Below, in pieces: positions 34,940 through 40,380 of a DNA stretch of 40,380 nt. Each line of letters begins with the position of its first letter. Within the stretch, counting starts at the first letter, position 1. The position numbers and the translations under genes were made by a program. The notes beneath the pieces are model-generated. The model saw only the letters and a list, made by a program, of their open reading frames with translations. It searched no databases and was not told the DNA's origin. Source of the stretch: an uncultured Collinsella sp. (GTDB taxonomy: Bacteria; Actinomycetota; Coriobacteriia; Coriobacteriales; Coriobacteriaceae); the NCBI GenBank assembly GCA_900551975.1, contig URYA01000001.1, positions 1-40,380 on the forward strand. The letters are read 5' to 3'.

Positions 34940-36070
34940 CTAGGCGCGGTGCCAGTCGGTCAGGCAAGCATCGAGGGAGGCGATGAGCGCATCCTTGTCC
35001 ATGTGACGGCCGATGATGCACAGGCTCGTCATGCGGTCGCCCGTCTCGTCGTCCCAAATCTGCATGATCTCGGGGTTCTCGTCGATGATCTTCTGCTTCT
35101 CGCCCTCGGGCGCCGAGTCAACGAACAGGCCGTTCTCCATCAGGCGCATCTGGTGGCCGGCCTGCTCGAACATGTAGCACATGTCCGGATCGCCGGTCTG
35201 CCACAGCGGGCCCTTGACGCGAATGACCTCGTCGGGCCACTCCTGCTCAACAAAATCGGTGAACTTCTGCAGGTCAAACGGCTTGCGGCGCGAGTACACA
35301 AAGGTCTCGATGTCGTACTCGAGCACCTCGGGGTCGTCGTGCTCCTCGGGATGCTCCATGGCCTCGATCCAGGCGGCGGAGTTGTAGGCGCGCATAAAGT
35401 CGAAGCGGTCGGTGTCGAGCAGCTCCTCCATGGGAACCTCTCCGTTTTGGGCTTCGACAATCACGGCGTCTTTCTGCAGGCTGCGCACGATGGCCTTGAG
35501 CTCGGCGATCTGCTCAGGGCTCACGGTATCGGTCTTGTTGAGAATCAGCGTGGAGCAGAACTCGATCTGCTGGATGAGCAGGCTCTCGATGTCGTCCTCG
35601 TCGATATCCTCTGCCAGCAGGTCGCGACCGCCGTTGAACTCGTCGTACATGCGGGCGCAGTCGACCACGGCCACGATGTTGTCGAGCGCGAGCTTGGGCT
35701 CGCCGCCCACCTTGGCCTCGTCGCAGAAGCTCGAGATGGTGTAGGCGATGGGGATAGGCTCGCAAATGCCCGATGCCTCGATGATGATGTAATCGAACTT
35801 GCCCGAATCGGCGATGCCCTGCAGCTGGTTGGCAAGGTCGTCCGAAAGCGTGCAGCAGATGCAGCCGTTGGTGAGCGGGATGAGGTCATCGGTCTCGGAA
35901 AGGCCGCCGTCGGCGATAAGGCTGGCGTCGACGTTGATCTCGCCGATGTCGTTGACGATCACGGCGGCGCGGATGCCGCCGTCGTTAGCGAGGATGTGGT
36001 TGAGCAGCGTGGTCTTGCCGGCACCGAGGTATCCGGTAAGCATGATGATCTTCACGGGTTTGTTGGGCAT
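34940..36070 (-). CDS. COG0523/CobW-family metallochaperone GTPase
   Basis: GYLGAGKTT, NGCICC, EASG, NKTD, IRVKG; AGGAGG SD. Confidence 0.93.
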   Translation of the reverse strand: MPNKPVKIIMLTGYLGAGKTTLLNHILANDGGIRAAVIVNDIGEINVDASLIADGGLSETDDLIPLTNGCICCTLSDDLANQLQGIADSGKFDYIIIEASGICEPIPIAYTISSFCDEAKVGGEPKLALDNIVAVVDCARMYDEFNGGRDLLAEDIDEDDIESLLIQQIEFCSTLILNKTDTVSPEQIAELKAIVRSLQKDAVIVEAQNGEVPMEELLDTDRFDFMRAYNSAAWIEAMEHPEEHDDPEVLEYDIETFVYSRRKPFDLQKFTDFVEQEWPDEVIRVKGPLWQTGDPDMCYMFEQAGHQMRLMENGLFVDSAPEGEKQKIIDENPEIMQIWDDETGDRMTSLCIIGRHMDKDALIASLDACLTDWHRA

Positions 36071-36156
36071 GTGCCCTCCTTTGTTAGACATGGCTTACAG
36101 TTGAATCTTATGCCAAACGCCTGCTCTTATACCCACGCGCCGGCAAATAACACAAG

Positions 36157-36498
36157 CTACTCCCAGGCTCCCCATACATCGGGGCAATAACCGACGGTGG
36201 CCTTCTTACCGTTGCGCACGATGGGCTCGGCTAGAACCTGCTGGTTCTCGAGCAGCTTGTCGAAGCGCTGGCTAGGGGTGAGGTGCTGGATGAGCGCGAG
36301 CGTCTCCTCGTCCTTGGCTTTGGGGTTGAGCAGCTTGTCGATGCCGCCGACCGCCTGCATCACGCTCGTGAGCTCGCCCTTGCTCATCTCCTTTTCCTTA
36401 AGGTCGATAAACTGCACCTTAATGCGGCGCTCTTTGAAGAAGCGCTGTGCTTTCTTGGTATCGAAGGACTTTTTGGTGCCAAAAATCTGCACGTTCAT
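36157..36498 (-). CDS. ArsC/Spx-like family protein
   Basis: QIFGTKKSFDTKKA, PIVRNG, ATVGY. Confidence 0.82.
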   Translation of the reverse strand: MNVQIFGTKKSFDTKKAQRFFKERRIKVQFIDLKEKEMSKGELTSVMQAVGGIDKLLNPKAKDEETLALIQHLTPSQRFDKLLENQQVLAEPIVRNGKKATVGYCPDVWGAWE

Positions 36499-36515
36499 GT
36501 ATTTGTTCCGCCGTT

Positions 36516-37142
36516 CTACCTGATGAAGTTGGTCGTTGCTCGATCTGCCTCGGGTGCGTTGATGCCGGCGGCCTGTCCTGCCTCGATGCAGCGAAGGAGC
36601 CAGGCCATGTTTTTGCCGATGTTGCGCATGGTGGCAAGGCCCTCGGCGTCCCCATTGGCGTCGCCGGGCACGCGACCAAACACGTTGTTCCAGTACGTGG
36701 AGGCAACCACGGGCATCTGGTTGATGGTGAAGTACTTGTTGAGTACGTCGAAGGTCGTCGACGTACCGCCGCGACGGGCGACGGCGATGGCAGCGCCCGG
36801 CTTGTGCGCAAAGGCCTTGCTGCCGGCATAGAAGGCGCGATCGAGGGCCGAAAGGATGCGGCCGCTGGGGTGTGCATAGTAGACAGGTGAGCCAAAAACA
36901 AAGCCATCTGCCTGCTCGGCGGCAGCGATGAGCTCGTTCACTACGTCATCGTCAAAGGTGCAGCGACCGCCAAGCTTGCCGCACTGGCCGCAACCGATGC
37001 AATCGCGAATGGGCTTGGCGCCCAGCTGAAACACCTCGGTATCAATGCCTTCGGCATTGAGCTGCTCGGCGACCTCGGCGAGTGCGCGGGCGGTGTTGCC
37101 GTTTGCCTTGGGGCTGCCATTGACCAAAAGAACCTTCATCAC
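36516..37142 (-). CDS. Flavodoxin-fold iron-sulfur flavoprotein (FMN reductase family)
   Basis: NGSPK, CIGCGQC...C, GSPVYY, ARRGG. Confidence 0.9.
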   Translation of the reverse strand: MMKVLLVNGSPKANGNTARALAEVAEQLNAEGIDTEVFQLGAKPIRDCIGCGQCGKLGGRCTFDDDVVNELIAAAEQADGFVFGSPVYYAHPSGRILSALDRAFYAGSKAFAHKPGAAIAVARRGGTSTTFDVLNKYFTINQMPVVASTYWNNVFGRVPGDANGDAEGLATMRNIGKNMAWLLRCIEAGQAAGINAPEADRATTNFIR

Positions 37143-37213
37143 AAACTCCCTCTGCTTTTGGTGACTTCTGCAGAGGATTATCGCACGATGGGGGAGGCGG
37201 CGCGGGCGCGGTG

Positions 37214-38743
37214 CTAATCCAGTTTGGTACCTGGCACCTGCACGGCTTTCCCGAGCAACGCTTTGAGCTCGTTCAAAATGGAAACGGGCTGTCGGTCAAC
37301 GCTGTTCAGATGGAGCGTGGCCACGCGAATGGGCGGCTGATATTCAAGCGAGCCGATGAGTACGGGGGAACCCAGGAACCGTTCGATGTCGCTTGTGATC
37401 TCGTCGATCGCCTCGGGGCCGAGCTCATCGAAGAGTGCCACGAATGTCGGCCCCGTCGAGCGGAACAGGCGACCCTTGCCGCGCGAGCATTCCATAAGGC
37501 AAGCGGCGCTTTCGGCGAGCACGCGGTCGCCTGCATCGAATCCAAAGCGGGCATTGACCTCGGCGATATCGTCGACCTTAATGGCAATAAAGCCTGCCTC
37601 GTGCGGCACGCGGCGCATCTCTCCAATAGCGTTGACCAGCGCGTGGACATCGCCCAGGCCCGTTACCGAGTCGGTCGTATCCGCTAGGCTTCGGTTGACG
37701 ATAATGCCCACATACATGCTGGGCTCGGTATCGGTGCCGTCCAAGCGGTAGCCCGTGCAGTCGCAAAGCGCGTATTTTCCGGTGGCATCTATTACGCGAT
37801 ACTGCATGTAGTGGAAGTGCCACGTGCCGTTTATCACCATGTCGAGCTCGGCGCGTACGTTGTCGCGGTCCTCGGGATGAACGCGGGCGAGCCACATGTC
37901 GAGTGAGTTAAAAGGGTGCTGGGAAGGCAGGTCAAAATCGCGCACGGCGTTAACCGACCATTGCGATTCTCCAGTATCGAGGTTAAGGATGAACGGATAG
38001 CGCGTCTCGGAGCTCATGGAGATCGCTTGGAACACCCGGTCGTTGCAGGGAAGCTGATCGACGATTGGGCGTTGCGGCGCGTCATTGTTTTCCGGTTGCT
38101 GTACACGATGCATAAGCTTATAGCGATACATCTTGCGATCGGCATCCATCGTCATCTGGCGACGCGTGTCGCCGGCAAGTGGATCGACGCGCGAGCAGCC
38201 AAAGCTAAAGCTGGCGATCATGGGCGCCTTGCCATCTGAGTTCGCCTCGATCAGCCCGGCACGTACCTGCTCCAAGCGCTGCTCGAGTTCAGTCTCGTTT
38301 GCGGAGAGCGAGATAAGCACAAACTCGTCTCCACCGATACGGAACAGCATCTCATCGTGCTCCATGGCTTCGGAGAGCGTGCGGCAGATGCTCAGAATAT
38401 AGCGATTGCCTTCGGCGTGGCCAAACCTATCATTGCAATGCTTGAGATGGTCGATGTCAATATAGGCGCAGGTGAAGGGATCGCCTTTGCGCCAGAGCTG
38501 CTCGACGTGACGGTCGAGTCCGCTGCGGTTGCCCAAGTTGGTGAGCGGATCGATATAGGCGTTGCGCTCAAGCAGCTGGCGCTCTTGTTGCAGGATGGCA
38601 TGCGTCTTTTGCAGTTGCTCACCAACGGCGCGTAGCTCAGCAGGCAGCGCGGCAACATCGAGTTCGGCGGTCGAGATGCCATTCGCAAGTCGTTGGAGAT
38701 AGGCAATAATCAATTGCTCACCCAGGCGATACGACTCGTTCAT
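37214..38743 (-). CDS. Diguanylate cyclase: GGDEF + PAS + degenerate GGDEF
   Basis: DPLTNLGNR, NDRFGHAEG, RIGGDEF; VHPEDR PAS; second domain has STGPTF instead of GGDEF. Confidence 0.88.
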   Translation of the reverse strand: MNESYRLGEQLIIAYLQRLANGISTAELDVAALPAELRAVGEQLQKTHAILQQERQLLERNAYIDPLTNLGNRSGLDRHVEQLWRKGDPFTCAYIDIDHLKHCNDRFGHAEGNRYILSICRTLSEAMEHDEMLFRIGGDEFVLISLSANETELEQRLEQVRAGLIEANSDGKAPMIASFSFGCSRVDPLAGDTRRQMTMDADRKMYRYKLMHRVQQPENNDAPQRPIVDQLPCNDRVFQAISMSSETRYPFILNLDTGESQWSVNAVRDFDLPSQHPFNSLDMWLARVHPEDRDNVRAELDMVINGTWHFHYMQYRVIDATGKYALCDCTGYRLDGTDTEPSMYVGIIVNRSLADTTDSVTGLGDVHALVNAIGEMRRVPHEAGFIAIKVDDIAEVNARFGFDAGDRVLAESAACLMECSRGKGRLFRSTGPTFVALFDELGPEAIDEITSDIERFLGSPVLIGSLEYQPPIRVATLHLNSVDRQPVSILNELKALLGKAVQVPGTKLD

Positions 38744-38781
38744 GATGGATAACCTCCTTGGGCGGAACAATGGTTTGTATC

Positions 38782-38812
38782 ATATCCCCAATTCGGTTTG
38801 AATTGGGGATAT
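38782..38812. promoter_or_regulatory. 13-bp inverted repeat upstream of GGDEF gene (operator or terminator)
   Basis: ATATCCCCAATTC-GGTTT-GAATTGGGGATAT. Confidence 0.5.
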
Positions 38813-38870
38813 AAGTCAGCTAATGGAGGCAAATTCCCCCTTCGGCGGTGGCGTTTTGCGCGCGAGCGTA

Positions 38871-39167
38871 TCAGTTGTTATTGCCACCATCGAGCAATGC
38901 CTCAAAATCCTTCGCCGGCATGGGGCGGTAGTAGAGGAAGCCCTGAGCGTAGCGGGCGCCCATTTGTCGTAGCATGTTCGCCTGCTCATTTGTCTCGACG
39001 CCTTCGACCTCGACGGGCAGATGGAGCGACTGCGCCATTTCGAGCATCGATGAAATGATTTGCGTGCTGCGGCCTTGATCGCGGTCGGTGGGCGCAATCT
39101 GCCAAATGTGCTTGTCGAGCGTCACCATAAAGCCGCTTTCCTCGAGAGCGGGGATATGGGTGCACAT
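38871..39167 (-). pseudogene. EAL phosphodiesterase remnant
   Basis: IPALEESG...LDKHIW joined to EGVET...QGFLYYRPMP; ExL and DDFG motifs absent. Confidence 0.8.
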
Positions 39168-39295
39168 ACTGTGGGCGGCTATTATTCGACAAGCGGTAGC
39201 GCGACGATGCGATGTTCGATAAAAATGCGACTGAGACGCTATATGTTGACGGGTATACTTGTCCCGGTTTTAAACGCAGGAACGGAGATGGTCGC

Positions 39296-40165
39296 ATGGC
39301 ACAGCCGGATACGACGCGCACGGTGGGGCTCGCGCTCGAGGGAGGCGGCTACCGCGGTATGTATACGGCGGGCGTGCTCGACGTTTGGATGGAGCACGGT
39401 TTGACCTGCGACCATATGGTGGGTGTCTCGGCGGGCGCGGCGTTTGGCTACAATTTTAAATCGCGCCAGATCGGCCGCGCCATTCGCTATAACAAGGCCT
39501 ATTGTGCCGACAAGCGCTATGCGGGTGTAGCAAGCTGGCTGCGGACCGGCGATATGTTCAATGCCGATTTTGCCTATCACGAGGTGCCCATCGAGCGCGA
39601 TCCCATCGATTTGGAGACATATCGTGCCTGCTCCATGCGGTTTACGTGCGTGTGTACCGATATCGAGACGGGCAAGGCCGTCTACCATGACCTGCCTTAT
39701 GGCGACGAGCGGGATATCGAGTGGATCCGGGCGTCGTCTGCTATTCCCGTGGCGACGCGTCCCGTTGCTATTGACGGGCATAAGTATCTGGATGGTGGCG
39801 TGGCTGATTCTATTCCCAGCGCATGGCTGTTTGCGCAGGGGTATGACCGCAATATCGTGGTGCTCACGCAGCCGGCGGGCTTTGTGAAGCAGCCCAACAG
39901 CGTGATGCCCATGCTGCGGCGCGTGTTCCGTCACTACCCGGAGTTTGTCGCAGCGCTTGAGCATCGGCATGAGGTCTATAATGCCACGCTCGATGACCTG
40001 GCACGTCGCGAGGCTGCCGGCGAAATCTTTGTGGTGCGGCCGAGCGAATCGGTGAAGGTGCCGTCGCTGTGCCGCGAACCGGATGAGCTCGAGCGCATCT
40101 ACCAGATCGGCCGCCATGATGCGGAGGCGACTTTGCCGGCGTTGGAGGCCTACCTAGCGGGGTAG
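39296..40165 (+). CDS. Patatin-like phospholipase
   Basis: GGGYRG, GVSAG, ASSAIP, DGG. Confidence 0.92.
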   Translation: MAQPDTTRTVGLALEGGGYRGMYTAGVLDVWMEHGLTCDHMVGVSAGAAFGYNFKSRQIGRAIRYNKAYCADKRYAGVASWLRTGDMFNADFAYHEVPIERDPIDLETYRACSMRFTCVCTDIETGKAVYHDLPYGDERDIEWIRASSAIPVATRPVAIDGHKYLDGGVADSIPSAWLFAQGYDRNIVVLTQPAGFVKQPNSVMPMLRRVFRHYPEFVAALEHRHEVYNATLDDLARREAAGEIFVVRPSESVKVPSLCREPDELERIYQIGRHDAEATLPALEAYLAG

Positions 40166-40175
40166 GGGTTGCATA

Positions 40176-40223
40176 CGGAAAGCGCATCCCAGAATGGAGG
40201 CCCAAACTGGGATGCGCTTTCCG
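40176..40223. terminator. 17-bp stem-loop between convergent genes
   Basis: CGGAAAGCGCATCCCAG / CTGGGATGCGCTTTCCG. Confidence 0.65.
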
Positions 40224-40266
40224 CTCTAGAAGATATGAGACTGCGAATCGGCTGCTCGGCTTATGC

Positions 40267-40380
40267 CTATGCCTGCTGCCAGGTATCGACGAGCTCCTTG
40301 GCTGCGGCGTGGGGGTCGTCGGCACTGCAGACCGCGCTCACCACAAAGAAGCCGTCGACGCCGGTGGCCTTGAGCTGCGG
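40267..40380 (-). CDS. thiE: Thiamine-phosphate synthase, 3' end only
   Basis: Manual translation PQLKATGVDGFFVVSAVCSADDPHAAAKELVDTWQQA*. Confidence 0.7.
   Translation of the reverse strand, partial: PQLKATGVDGFFVVSAVCSADDPHAAAKELVDTWQQA

Overview
High-GC chromosomal segment, most likely from a gut Coriobacteriia such as Collinsella (inferred from gene style, not verified). It holds about 38 coding regions. These include translation and RNA-modification genes (trmO, prfC, rlmA-like, rsmJ, trmL, an EF-G/TetM-like GTPase), ung, transporters (ClC, MATE, DMT, VUT, YtrA-type GntR-ABC), two orphan hybrid histidine kinases, two STAND-like AAA ATPases, a UvrA-like ATPase, a GGDEF protein and an EAL pseudogene. 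No rRNA, tRNA, CRISPR array or transposase/integrase was seen. Three features are not explained by the gene list. (1) A family of about 9 intergenic hairpins has arms that differ between copies but a conserved 13-14 nt core starting RGGGAC. It includes a chimeric copy, a 30-bp direct repeat around one ATPase gene, and pairs bracketing single genes, which suggests a hairpin-based cassette or recombination system. (2) A roughly 1.1-kb AT-richer island between two copies of another hairpin carries an orphan RHH gene and a densely folded region of about 450 nt. (3) A preQ1-I-like leader precedes a VUT transporter + SDR operon.
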